Shown: positions 52,495 through 63,990, counted from the first letter of the stretch. The stretch is DNA of 64,000 nucleotides from Nemertoderma westbladi (GCA_032718475.1 JAUCBJ010005675.1:49186-113185), one strand, 5' to 3'. Notes: generated by a model from the sequence alone, not told the origin. Numbers and translations: made by a program.

Positions 52495-53739
52495 TTACGA
52501 CTTGGATTTATCATAGAAGTACAATGTGGAGGTGGTTACATCTTGCACCGAAATATCAGCTGTTTGCTCTCCCCCTATCCAACTTGGCACCTTTATATGG
52601 ATTTTCCTGAGTTGTTTTAGGAGTTTGGTAACGTCGATTCTACCCACACTATCTTGCCGTCCACATTCCTGGATGTTGTTACACAGGTTGATGATAAATG
52701 CTGACCCATGCTTATTGTAGACTGGTAGCTTCTGACCCTCGCTGCATCCCAAAACCAGGGCGATATCTTTATACTTATAACCACTTATATTGGCGACCAC
52801 ATCCCGGGATGCTCGTGAGCTTGCCTGGCACGCCTCCACGAAGAACAACAGAGGGGGCGCCGGATTGCACCGTGGGGGGCACATCGATGCGAATAGATCC
52901 ACGATATTTAGGATGTCTAGAGAGCTCCCATCAGGACAGAGAATAGACCCATAGGATCCGTGGCTCATAATGAACACAACCAGACACTCAACTGGTACGG
53001 CTCGAATGGTAAGATTAGCGCGGTACCGTTTGAACCCTTCCATAACCTCGGCGGCGTTGGAAGTAACCGGCATATCTTGATGTTCCACATGGAATCCGTG
53101 GAGGTTCTCAAAACATTCCTTAATTATCATTACGTCTTTAGTAGAACCTTCAAGACGGGATTCAACTTTCGGAGATAAAAACGAGGGTATATTTACTATG
53201 AGGCAGATTTTGAGACCGTGTTTAGTGACACTTGGGTAGGCATCCGCTGGTTCCTCAGATAGACCTGGAACCATGCGAGAGTGGGCCATATCTACATCGA
53301 CAGAGCCACGGTTTTGGGTGACACTCACTGGGTGAATAACGCGCGGATGGGTCGCCGGTTGGGATGGTCCCGGCATGCAAAACATCGATTGGTCTGCGTC
53401 GTGGCTCGACAGAATTCGATCGAGGTATACCGATTCGGGTAGACATCTTAATCGGGGTTCGAAACCACGGAATAGGTGCTGAGTCTCAGGTAAATCGCGC
53501 AGAATAGAGAAAAACTTGAAGAAATCTTCGTCAGGACGCCGCATTAAGTGTGTCAAGAGATTGTAAACCGTGTCCATTGAGATCTTTCTATTTGCAGCGG
53601 GGCCCTGAATTGTTTCGACTTGATGCACTGTAAATATCTTGTGTGTTAACATTACTGGCAGAATCGATTCTGTGTCAAGGTGCTCGGTAATGAAGTATTC
53701 AATGGAATTGGTTAATATATCTTGTAATTCACGTCTCAT
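52495..53739 (-). CDS. CARD-containing caspase-family protease A (intronless, about 414 aa)
   Basis: N-terminal CARD-like region (LLTHLMRRPDEDFFKFFSILRD..ETQHL); p20 motifs CLIVN, R..GS.KD, VFIMSHG, LFFVEACQ; p10 GSAFI. ATG chosen by alignment with the paralogue. Confidence 0.88.
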   Translation of the reverse strand: MRRELQDILTNSIEYFITEHLDTESILPVMLTHKIFTVHQVETIQGPAANRKISMDTVYNLLTHLMRRPDEDFFKFFSILRDLPETQHLFRGFEPRLRCLPESVYLDRILSSHDADQSMFCMPGPSQPATHPRVIHPVSVTQNRGSVDVDMAHSRMVPGLSEEPADAYPSVTKHGLKICLIVNIPSFLSPKVESRLEGSTKDVMIIKECFENLHGFHVEHQDMPVTSNAAEVMEGFKRYRANLTIRAVPVECLVVFIMSHGSYGSILCPDGSSLDILNIVDLFASMCPPRCNPAPPLLFFVEACQASSRASRDVVANISGYKYKDIALVLGCSEGQKLPVYNKHGSAFIINLCNNIQECGRQDSVGRIDVTKLLKQLRKIHIKVPSWIGGEQTADISVQDVTTSTLYFYDKSKS

Positions 53740-54019
53740 GATGATCACACAATAAATAAACAACTAATATTTAATAACGGCTGATTTAATGATCATCAAA
53801 GTTGTATATAATAATTTTCCATTATAATTTTTTTTCAAATTTATTAACGGTACGCTACTGGTGTTACTAAAATAAACTTGTAAAATGTATTTGCAACTGT
53901 ATATCTACTGTATAGGGACTCGGCCTCCACAAATACACAGCCTCTGAACCCGCCGCACTAAGGATTAGTTGGCTGGGCGACAACCCATGTTGCATCCCAA
54001 ACCAAAGTGCGAGCTTGGC

Positions 54020-54905
54020 TTCCATGGTAGGTACTGGTCCAGTATGCGTACACACCCCACCACATATTTTGTACTAGCTAGTTTTTGATAATTTCTTTTC
54101 TTAAAATGTTCTAGAACATGTTAGCTATTTGTTTATAAAAAAAATAATGTTCTACCGGTAGTACATTCTATTTACATTCTGGAACATAATTTTAAAACAA
54201 AACAAGGTTTGGATTAAAATCTTATGAGTTCGTTATACTATATCAACAGTATTTATAATTTTTAATAGTTCTCTGGAAACATTATTCTCTTTTGTAAAAA
54301 CTAGCTAGTCCTATACACTTGTGTCACTTTGTACGTAGAAATCGTTGTGGCCCTATGTGTCTCAAATTTTTATGTTGGGTTGCCACTTTTTGACTTTTTG
54401 AGTTTTTCATGACTTTTATCATCAGGTTTATATTTGACCAACTGACACTAAGATGGTAGGGCCTATAGCTAGTAATTTTGATTGTGTGTTAGCTAGTACT
54501 TTATATTAGCTACCGGTAGTGAAGAAATAAAAATTGACAATTTGAAAAAAATATTGACCACATTTTTTATTGTTTAAATTGCTTTTATCGTTTCGTTTAT
54601 TATTTATTAGCTACCATTAACTTTACTAGCTATCATCATAATTTAAATAAAAAATTTCAATTTATTAAAAAAATATATTTTACCTCCTTGCTTTTTCCAT
54701 CCCATGCTTTTTAAATACAAACCAGGCTTTTGTCTAAAAAATGTTCTAGAACAAAAAATATTTGTTCTAGAACATTATTTATTTCAAAATGAAACAGCTA
54801 ACATGTTTTGGTACATTTCAAAAAAATAAACTTTCAAAAACTAGCTAGTACAAAAAATTTGGTGGGGGTGTACGCATATGTACTGGACCAGTACCGGCTT
54901 CCATA
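54020..54905. mobile_element. Inverted-repeat element rich in TTCTAGAA and CTAGCTAG, immediately 5' of caspase A
   Basis: ggtactggtccagta.gcgtaca.cccaccac...gtactagctagtttttga pairs with tcaaaaactagctagtac...tggtggggtgtacgc...tactggaccagtacc. Confidence 0.75.
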
Positions 54906-55156
54906 GGATGAGATTAATACCATCTTCCTGTCTACCCGACACAAGTTCAGTGGTTCTAGGATAGCAGGGAGGATCACACAGCTGATGGGTGGGGTGATGG
55001 GCACACATGTAATTGACCTTTACGTGTCGTGAATGACAGCCTAGACAGACCATCAAGACGGCCCTTCTCCCAAGATTTCGTTACCACTATTGTTTTGGTT
55101 AAAATAACCAAAACAATCCCCAACCAACTGAAAAAATCCCTTGACGCATTGGTGTA

Positions 55157-55625
55157 AGGCCCCCCTCACACGGAGCAACTTGTTTCTGAAACTTGTTGCT
55201 GGACCCCCTCACACACAGAAACTTGTTTCTGTGTGTGAGGACTCCAGCAACAAGTTTCTGCAACTTGTTTCCGCAACTTATTTCTGTGTGTGAGGGAGTC
55301 CAGCAACAAGTTGCTGGAAGTTATATTCCCAGCAACTTTTTGAAAAACTTTTATTACATTCCATTTTGATACTAGCTAATATACGATGATTTGAGTGATG
55401 TGATATTATACTGTATATAAATGACTGGACATGTTAGCTATTTATTTGGAAATAATTGTTATTTCCTTGAGCAACAAGTTTCTGTGTGTGAGGGGGTCCA
55501 GTAACAAGTTGCAGAAACAAGTTTCGGAAACAAGTTGCTGAAACAAGGTGCAGCAACAAGTTTCTGTGTGTGAGGGGGTCCAGCAACAAGTTTCAGAAAC
55601 AAGTTGCTCCGTGTGAGGGGGGCCT
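55157..55625. mobile_element. Young PIF/Harbinger-like MITE
   Basis: Perfect long TIRs aggccccccTCACACGGAGCAACTTGTTTCTGAAACTTGTTGCTGGACCCCCTCACACACAGAAACTTGTT at both ends; flanked by TA. Confidence 0.88.
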
Positions 55626-56065
55626 TAGATTGGTGCAAAAACGATAGCTAACTTTGAGGGTCGAAATTACATAGAAAAAACGGTACTGTAACAGTTCCGT
55701 ATTAAACTACATTATTTTTATAACATCAATCATTGTTACCATGGCCAGTGAAGAGTTCTAGAACTATCTACTAATTTTCTATTTCTACAACACTTTATAC
55801 CATTAACAAAAATGAAAAAAATTACCGTATTTTTTAAATTTCAAAAATGGTCACACAAGCTGATTCATCTGATAACAAATATATAATATTCTGGAATGTT
55901 GAGCTATATGGAATATACGATCGCTAGCTAAACTGCAGCGGATAATCGTAGCATTAAATGCGGCTGTGAACCCCATTAATTGAATGTTTGACTGACGGTT
56001 CGGGTTAGACGTACTCATGACCTACTACAGTATACTGTAGAACTCGAAGTATAGAACAAAGTTTA

Positions 56066-56804
56066 TCATGACCTAGAATACTATAGATACAGTACGACCC
56101 GCCAAGCTGCTGCTACAAAGCCCCTAAATTTAGTGGGCCAATTATTTATCTTAGTATGATCCCACAAACAATAGGTTTTACCGCGTCAAAAGTACTTGGA
56201 CCTAACTAAAATTATGTCCTCTTTCAGATGAGGCAAATAAAAATTGAATAGCCCCAGTTGTTTTCGGATATTGGGAGTTTCTGGCACCCTTTCAACACCT
56301 TTCGGAATTTAAAAAAAAATACTTAAAATACACCACCCTTCACAAATAAATATTTTATAAAACCAAACAATATTATTTGTTTATGGTGTGTTGAATTCAT
56401 TATTAATAATTTGTATCTCTTAAAAATCTATGTTTTGACTTACTATCAATTTCGATTGTTAAAAATGAATTCAACATACCAAAAAATAATAATATGGGTG
56501 GCTATACCAAAATCTTTAAACGGAGGTGTATTATAAATAACTTTTTTATAAATTCCGAAAGGTGCAGAAATGGGTGCCCAGGAACTCCCCATATTTCCAA
56601 AACGACTGGTGCTATACAATTTTCATTTACGTCAACTGAAAGAGGACATAATTTTAGTTAGGGCCAAGTTAAGTACTTTCGACGCGGTAAACCTATTGTT
56701 TCTGGGATTATATCTTAGAGGAATAACTGGCCCTCTAAATTTAGTGGCTTTGCAGCAGATTGGCGGGTCATACTGTATCTATAGTACAGTATTATAGGTC
56801 ATGA
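56066..56804. mobile_element. Near-fully palindromic MITE (TA-CAGT...ACTG-TA core, Tc1/pogo-like)
   Basis: tatagatacagtacgacccgccaa.ctgctgc pairs with gcagcagattggcgggtcatactgtatctata; symmetry continues for about 300 bp per arm. Confidence 0.82.
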
Positions 56805-57361
56805 TATGCTTTTGTAGGGCACTTCTACTGTACAGTAGTAAATACAATAATCGTGAAGATCTAAAGAAGTTTTCCGTAGTTAACCCGAACTTTATATTAT
56901 ATAAAATGTGGTACTAGTTTGTTACAGTATAGGTACACCCCCCCCCCCCCCCCACCCCCCTCAATTTTTTTTAACTAGCTAGTTTTTGCTATTTCTTTTT
57001 ATGAAATGTTCTAGAACATGAGATACATTTGAAAAAAAAAATAAAATGTTCTAGAACAAATATTTTTTTTTCTAGAACAAATTTTAAAAAAAGCTTACAA
57101 ATTTAATTTTTGTTAGTTATGTTTTATTTGATGTCAAGGAAATTAAATTTTCTAGAATAATCGAATTTCTATAGCTAATATACACCTAATTTGGATCAAG
57201 GATCCGGAAGTCAGAATAAGATCTTCGAATAATTAAGGGGAAGGCATGGGAGTACATGCTGGGCTCTAACTGCTGTCTGATGATACCAAATCTCGGGATG
57301 GTAGATACTGTACATACACAAGAAGGTTACACAGGTTTTTTGAGTCAACGTACAATGCGAT

Positions 57362-58518
57362 AGTGCCAGTGTGCGAGGGTCTGACTTCCAATGGGCCTAG
57401 GGTTAATGGATGGTGCTAGTTTGCGAGGGTCTGACCTCCAAGGGGTCTAGGGTTCATGGATGGTGCCAGTGTACGAGGGTCTGACCTCCAAGGGATCTAG
57501 GGTTCATGGATTGTGCCAGTGTGCGAGGGTCTGACCTCCAATGGGTATAGGGTTCATGGATGGTGCCAGTGTACGAGGGTCTGTCCTCCAATGGGTCTAG
57601 GGTTCATGGATGGTGCCAGTGTACGAGGGTCTGACCTCCAATGGGTATAGGGTTCATGGATGGGGCCAGTGTGCGAAGGTCTGACCTCCAAGGGGTCTAG
57701 GGTTCGTGGATGGTGCCAGTGTACGAGGGTCTGACCTCCAAGGGGTCTAGGGTTCATGGATGGTGCCAGTGTACGAGGGTCTGACCTCCAATGGGTATAG
57801 GGTTCATGGATGGGGCCAGTGTGCGAAGGTCTGACCTCCAAGGGGTCTAGGGTTCGTGGATGGTGCCAGTGTACGAGGGTCTGACCTCCAAGGGGTCTAG
57901 GGTTCATGGAAGGTGCCAGTGTACGACGGTCTGACCTCCAAGGGGTCTAAGGTTCATGGATGGTGCCAGTGTACGAGGGTCTGACCTCCAATGGGTATAG
58001 GGTTCATGGATGGGGCCAGTGTGCGAAGGTCTGACCTCCAAGGGGTCTAGGATTCGTGGATGGTGCCAGTGTACGAGGGTCTGACCTCCAAGGGGTCTAG
58101 GGTTCATGGAAGGTGCCAGTGTACGACGGTCTGACCTCCAAGGGGTCTAAGGTTCATGGATGGTGCCAGTGTACGAGGGTCTGACCTCCAATGGGTCTAG
58201 GGTTCATGGATGGTGCCAGTGTACGGGGTCTGACCTCCAAGGGGTCTAGGGTTTATGGATGGTGCCAGTGTACGAGGGTCTGACCTCCAAAGGGTCTAGG
58301 GTTCATTGATGGTGCCAGTGTGCGAGGGTCTGACCTCCAAGGGGTCTAGGGTTCATGGATGGTGCCAGTGTACGAGGGTCTGACCTCCAAGGGGTCTAGG
58401 GTTCATGGATGGTGCCAGTGTACGAGGGTCTGACCTCCAAGGGGTTTAGGGTTCATGGATGGTGCCAGTGTACAAGGGTCTGACCTCCAAGGGGTCTAGG
58501 GTTCATGGATGGTGCCAG
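57362..58518. repeat. 50-bp minisatellite, about 23 copies, adjacent to an RTE-LINE remnant
   Basis: (GGTTCATGGATGGTGCCAGTGTACGAGGGTCTGACCTCCAAGGGGTCTAG)n; 57200-57350 resembles the LINE at 23270-23520. Confidence 0.95.
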
Positions 58519-58908
58519 CGTAATGCGCAATGCGATTGTATGATACGAATGTGGTGGTGGGGAGTAGGTGTAAAACACGGATCCAGATCCGGATTCCAAA
58601 ATTATCAATTAAGGGAAAGGAGGAGGTTACAGTGGCACTTCAGTTATATAAGCCAGACGTATTATGAAGTATTATTAAAATTCTTATGTAACCCTAACAC
58701 TAAGTCATAAGGCTGTAAATATAAAAATTATACAAAATGTATTACAGTATATTAGACCTACCCCCCCCCCCCCCTCGCTCAATATGTTAATAAATTAATG
58801 AAATAAAACAACTTATAAATGTGGCTAAAACTCAAATGGATAACAATCTGAGTCAAATGTAGAATACCCACACAGTTCTGGAGAGTCTTGTAAATCAGCA
58901 CAATAAAT

Positions 58909-60237
58909 TTATGACTTGGATTTATCATAGAAGTACAATGTTGAGGTGGTTTGATCTTGTGCGTCAACATCAGCTGAGTGGTCTCCCCCTGACCGAGTAG
59001 GGACTTTTATAGAGTTCTTTCTGAGTTGTTTTATGAGTTTGGAAACGTCGATTCTACCCACACTATCCTGCCGTCCGCACTCTTGGATATTGTTACAAAC
59101 CTTAATGATGAACGCTGAACCCTGGTCGTCGTAGACTGGCAGCTTCTGACCCTTGCTGCATCCCAGTATCAGGGCGATATCTTTGAACTTATTACCATTT
59201 ATACTTAGATCGACATCTTGGGATAGCCGTGAGGTATCTTGACACGCCTCCACGAAGAACAAGCGTGGGCGTGCCGGATCGCATAACGCTGGGCATTTCG
59301 ATCCTACAAATAGATCCACGATATTTAGGATGTCTACGGAACTCCCATCAGGACAGAGAATAGACCCATAGGATCCGTGGCTCATAATGAACACAACCAG
59401 ACACTCAACTGGTACGGCTCGAATGGTAAGATTAGCGCGGTACCGTTTGAACCCTTCCATAACCTCGGCGGCGTTGGAAGTAACCGGAATATCTTGATGT
59501 TCCACATGGAATCCGTGGAGGTTCTCAAAACATTCCTTAATTATCTTTACGTCTTTAGTGGAACCCTCCAAACGGGAATTCACGTCTGGCGATAAAAACG
59601 AGGGTATATTTACTATGAGGCAGATTTTGAGCCCGAATTTCGTGACGCTGGGGTAGGCATCGGCTGGTTCAACTTGAAGGATCAAGTTCCCCCTGGCCCC
59701 GGGGGGACCTGGAACCGAGTGATGAAAGTCAGCCATATCGACATCCCCGGAACCACGGTGTTCGGTTACCCTCTCAGGGTGAATAACGCGAGTGTTGTTC
59801 TCTTCTTGAATACCGCTTCGGGGATGGGTTTGGTTGCTGGTCGCCATGATCGCCGGTTGGGAAGGCCCCTGGATGAGGAACACCGATTGGTCTGCGTCGT
59901 GGCTTGCCTGTATTCGATCGAGGTAAACCGAGTCTGGTAGACATCTTATTCGGGGTTCGAAATAGCGGAATAGATGCTGAGTCTCATTGAATTTGCGCAG
60001 AATAGCGAAAAACTTGAAGAAATCTTCATCAGGACGCCGCATTAAGTGTGTCAAGAGATTGTAAATCGTGTCCATCGATGTTTTCCTATTTGCATTAGGG
60101 CCCTGTATGCTCTCGAGTTGATGGGTTGTAAATATACCGTCAGATACCATTACCCGCAGAATCAATCCTGTTTCAAGGTGCTGGGTAATAAAGTATTCAA
60201 TGGACTTTGTTAATATCTCTTGTAGTTCATGCCTCAT
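58909..60237 (-). CDS. CARD-containing caspase-family protease B (intronless, 442 aa)
   Basis: Kozak-like accaccATG; CARD-like N-terminus, VFIMSHG, PRLFFVEACQD, GSAFI; paralogue of 52495-53739. Confidence 0.9.
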   Translation of the reverse strand: MRHELQEILTKSIEYFITQHLETGLILRVMVSDGIFTTHQLESIQGPNANRKTSMDTIYNLLTHLMRRPDEDFFKFFAILRKFNETQHLFRYFEPRIRCLPDSVYLDRIQASHDADQSVFLIQGPSQPAIMATSNQTHPRSGIQEENNTRVIHPERVTEHRGSGDVDMADFHHSVPGPPGARGNLILQVEPADAYPSVTKFGLKICLIVNIPSFLSPDVNSRLEGSTKDVKIIKECFENLHGFHVEHQDIPVTSNAAEVMEGFKRYRANLTIRAVPVECLVVFIMSHGSYGSILCPDGSSVDILNIVDLFVGSKCPALCDPARPRLFFVEACQDTSRLSQDVDLSINGNKFKDIALILGCSKGQKLPVYDDQGSAFIIKVCNNIQECGRQDSVGRIDVSKLIKQLRKNSIKVPTRSGGDHSADVDAQDQTTSTLYFYDKSKS

Positions 60238-61891
60238 GGTGGTTTGGTTACAATGAAAACAAATCCGAGTATTAAACAGTTAAATACTGAAATAATAGCT
60301 GATTAGGAATTAATATTTTAATGTAGGGCAGTAGAGCCTATTGTAAATCAACGTTTGCCATTGCATTAGACCTACAGGTACCGCATACAGGTATAATTTA
60401 GGCCTAGGCCTTCCTTTATCACTTATCTTTCAAATTTATGATTTGAATTAGGGCCTAAATAAAAATTATGCCTAAACTACTACAGTACTACACACTAGCA
60501 TAGCATACTGCTATAGGCAATTAGGCCTACCCACACAGCCAGTCTGCCAGTCAATACAGCAATACAGTGCCCTTTCTGCTTTCAGCCCTTCAACAGTTCA
60601 GCAGTTCAAACCATAGCCCACTACTATCACTATACACCATGTCCGGGTGCATGTAAAGAGCGGACTGCGGGCTGGCGGACTACGGACTGGGGATTGCCAA
60701 AATCCGCGCGGTCAATTTGAATCATCGACTTCCAAACTAAGAATCCGCTCTTTGTTGTCTGGACAAATGGCGGACTGAAGCCGGTAAATTGTAACCTGAT
60801 TGGCTCAATCATGTACATACAGTAGGCTGAAGCTGAAAGGGAACTTAACGAATGAATCATCCCATTTGGCTTTTAAATGTTTACCATTGTGCAACACTGC
60901 AATACAGGAAATAATTATCCTATACAGTAATTACGTTGACTGTTGATTAAGGGCCTACTATATAATCAACATTCTACGGATTTTCAGATTATTTAGGGCC
61001 TATTTCAATAAATATTTTTATATACTTCCTGCCTTTAGAGTTTATGTCACAGAGTTGTCTGTTCACAAATATAAAAGAGCGAATATTCGGACATCCTAAG
61101 CGCAGGAGCTGGGGGAAGGGGGTGTGGATCTATAAATAGCATCCAATAGCAGGACGCATCTAATTACTGGCATTTAATTCTGTCCAAATTTTTATGACAG
61201 CCTTAAAATGAAAACCACGAACACCTGATCGGCTAGTGCTTTTTTAATGCTTTTTTAGTGTGGACTGTGATATCCTACATATCTGACATACGATTAACTG
61301 GGCCCATGTGAAGTATACCAGACTTTCTGCAGTTATATTTCACTTTGCAGTTACCCCCATGTGAAGAATACCAGGTTTTCACCAAAAATACAGGTTACAG
61401 AAGGGCTGAATCTAACCAAAACAATAAACAAATTAGTATAATATGTACAGGTTATAAGACAGAAATAAGCGATATAAAACACTTAATAAAGATAAATTAA
61501 AAAAAATAAAAAATCTTCATATATAAAATTCCAAAAAAAGTCGACCGAAAAGTGAAATCCTGGTATTCTTCACATGGGCGATTAACTGTGGGGCGAGCAA
61601 CGTAAGTCCAGGTGAGCCTTAGCATATGGGTAGAAGTGGTGGACCCGTCTGTCGTTGTCATCGTCGGAAATGTTTGAACGCTAATAAGTCGGTCAATCTT
61701 GGAAAAATAACGTTTCACTACTAGTATGTTTATGTACGACTAATATGTTTCAATTATGTTCCAATTTTGTTTCAACTAACAGAGACAATAGTGGCAGTAC
61801 GAGCAAACCTCCCCCCCCCCCCCTTTTTTTTTGGACGACCCCAACGTAAAAACTTTTAATTAAAGTAACAAGCAAACAAGGAATATCTTAT

Positions 61892-62027
61892 AAGGTCGCG
61901 GTTCACACCTTTAAGCAATAAGCATAACTCTGCTTCGGCAGCAGAAGTACATACTACAGTAGTCCCAAAGTCTTCATCCAAAGTAGAGTTACGAATGAAT
62001 CATGCTTAAAAGAGTGAACCGGCCTTA
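61892..62027. mobile_element. Small Harbinger-like MITE
   Basis: taaggtcgcggttcacac.tttaagca ... tgcttaaaagagtgaaccggcctta. Confidence 0.6.
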
Positions 62028-62097
62028 ACCTGAGAGATTTTATTGAAAGTTCAAGAGTTCTTCCTATTGCCTACATAATAGGTTTTCAAAATAATAG

Positions 62098-63990
62098 GTT
62101 GCCATCTCTGTGTCACAATGAAAACATTTAAGCCAATAAGAGGATTCAGGAAAGTTCCCTTTGGGCCTATGTAAATGATTGAGCCAATCAGGTTAAAATT
62201 TTCTGGCTTCAGTCCGCCGTTTGTCCAGACAACAAAGAGCGGATTCTTACATTATAATGCTATAATTCAAATTGACCGCGCATATTTGGGCTTTTAATTG
62301 ACAATCCGCAGTCCGTAGTCCGCAGTCCGCAGTCCGCTCTTTACATGCACCCCACCATGTCCTGGAATATAGTGTCGTTATTCGGTGGGGTGCATGTAAA
62401 GAGCGGACTGCGGACTGCGGACTACGGACTGCTGGATTGTCAATTAAAAGCCCAAATATGCGCGGTCAATTTGAATTTATAGCATTATAATGCGCAATAA
62501 TTTTTATTGTCCGTTTAAATCCTTTTTTTGTCCTTTTTTTTTATTTTTTATGTCCTCCAAAAGTCTAATGTTAGGTTCCATGCTACCGGTTTCTCTACTG
62601 CTGTTCTCTCAGGCTATCAGTACCGGTATTAGTATATATAGCACTATTTTGCTGTATTGTATGTACAGATGTAGGTATAAAGCAGGTATTTCTGTATTTT
62701 AGTACCGGTACCGCACCGGTACTGCTATAGGCCTACTGTGTAGCCTACCATTTAAATACGGTAATGGTAGGCCTACCGGTTGTGCTAATAAATTTTAAAT
62801 AATTGATAGGCCAAACTGGATTGCAGGATTGTGGAAAATGTGGATATACCTTTCACATAATTTAGGCCTATTACTCTGTATTAGTTTTATAATCAATAAT
62901 GGATCATGACTACTGTCTGAGTAGTGTTACGGATAGCGGCACCACTACTTCCAACAGCACAGAAGGCCCGCCTCTGTAACCTGCCCCTTTCCCTCAATTA
63001 GTTAAATGATCGTTTATTGTTTTGGTTAGATAATCCCGCCTCTGTAACCTGCTCCTTTCCCTCAATTGGTAATGTTATCGTTTATTGTTTTGGTTAGAAA
63101 ATCCCGCCTCTGTAACCTGCTCCTTTCCCTCAATTAGTTAAATGATCGTTTATTGTTTTGGTTAGAAAATTCCGCCTCTGTAACCTGTCCCTTTCCCTCA
63201 ATTAGTTAAATGATCGTTTATTGTTTTGGTTAGAAAATCCCGCCTCTGTAACCTGCTCCTTTCCCTCAATAAGTTAAGTGATCGTTTATTGTTTTGGTTA
63301 GAAAATCCCGCCTCTGTAACCTGCTCCTTTCCCTCAATTAGTTAAGTGATCGTTTATTGTTTTGGTTAGAAAATCCCGTCTCTGTAAACCTGCTCCTTTC
63401 CCTGATTTGGTAAAGTGACTGTTTATTGTTTTGGTTAGAAAACTCGGCATTAACCTGCTCCTTTCCATCAATTGGTAATTGTTTTTGGCTATAAAATGAG
63501 TGTTTTGCTACGTCATGTGGTAATCGATTATCGACAACAACCACAAACTATTAAATATAGAGTCTTTTTACCACAGGCGCATATGGAAATCTATCTCATA
63601 GTCTATAAATCATGGAATCATGGAATGTTTTGGCACAGGCATAGTTAAATCAACTGTCTGACAGTCCAGAAATCAGCAGTCTGACAGTTTGAAGAAATAC
63701 ATACATAAAAAGTCATTAAAAGGACAATAAAAGTCATTAAAAGGACAACAAAAGTCATTGTGCATAATTCGTAAAAAAAAAATGACAAAAAAAGTCAAAT
63801 AAAAGGACATAAAAAATCACTGCCAATGCGCAATGTAAGAATCCGCTCTTTGTTGTCTGGACAAACGGCGGAATGAAGCCAGAAAATTGTAACCTGATTG
63901 GCTCAATCATTTACATAGGCCCAAAGGGAACTTTCCTGAATCCTCTTATTGGCTTAAATGTTTTCATTGTGACACATAGAGATGGAAACA
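62098..63990. mobile_element. Long palindrome (arms 62098-62357 and 62385-62491 plus 63832-63990) whose right arm is split by a 1.34-kb insertion
   Basis: Arms are near-perfect reverse complements; the insertion 62492-63831 starts GCGCA, ends TGCGC and is flanked by duplicated AAT. Confidence 0.8.
62967..63490. repeat. 68-bp tandem repeat, about 7.5 copies
   Basis: (CCCGCCTCTGTAACCTGCTCCTTTCCCTCAATTAGTTAAATGATCGTTTATTGTTTTGGTTAGAAAAT)n; related monomers at about 28480-28610, 35730-35790 and 61390-61430. Confidence 0.92.

Noticed and set aside
57554-58107. MNPRPLGGQTLVHWHH repeat ORFs
   Set aside because: Translations of the 50-bp satellite.
61580-61700. Exon-like GC-richer stretch as an upstream RIM exon
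   Set aside because: It is an inverted copy of a repeat end also seen at about 22340-22450, and the frame following the candidate acceptor hits a stop.
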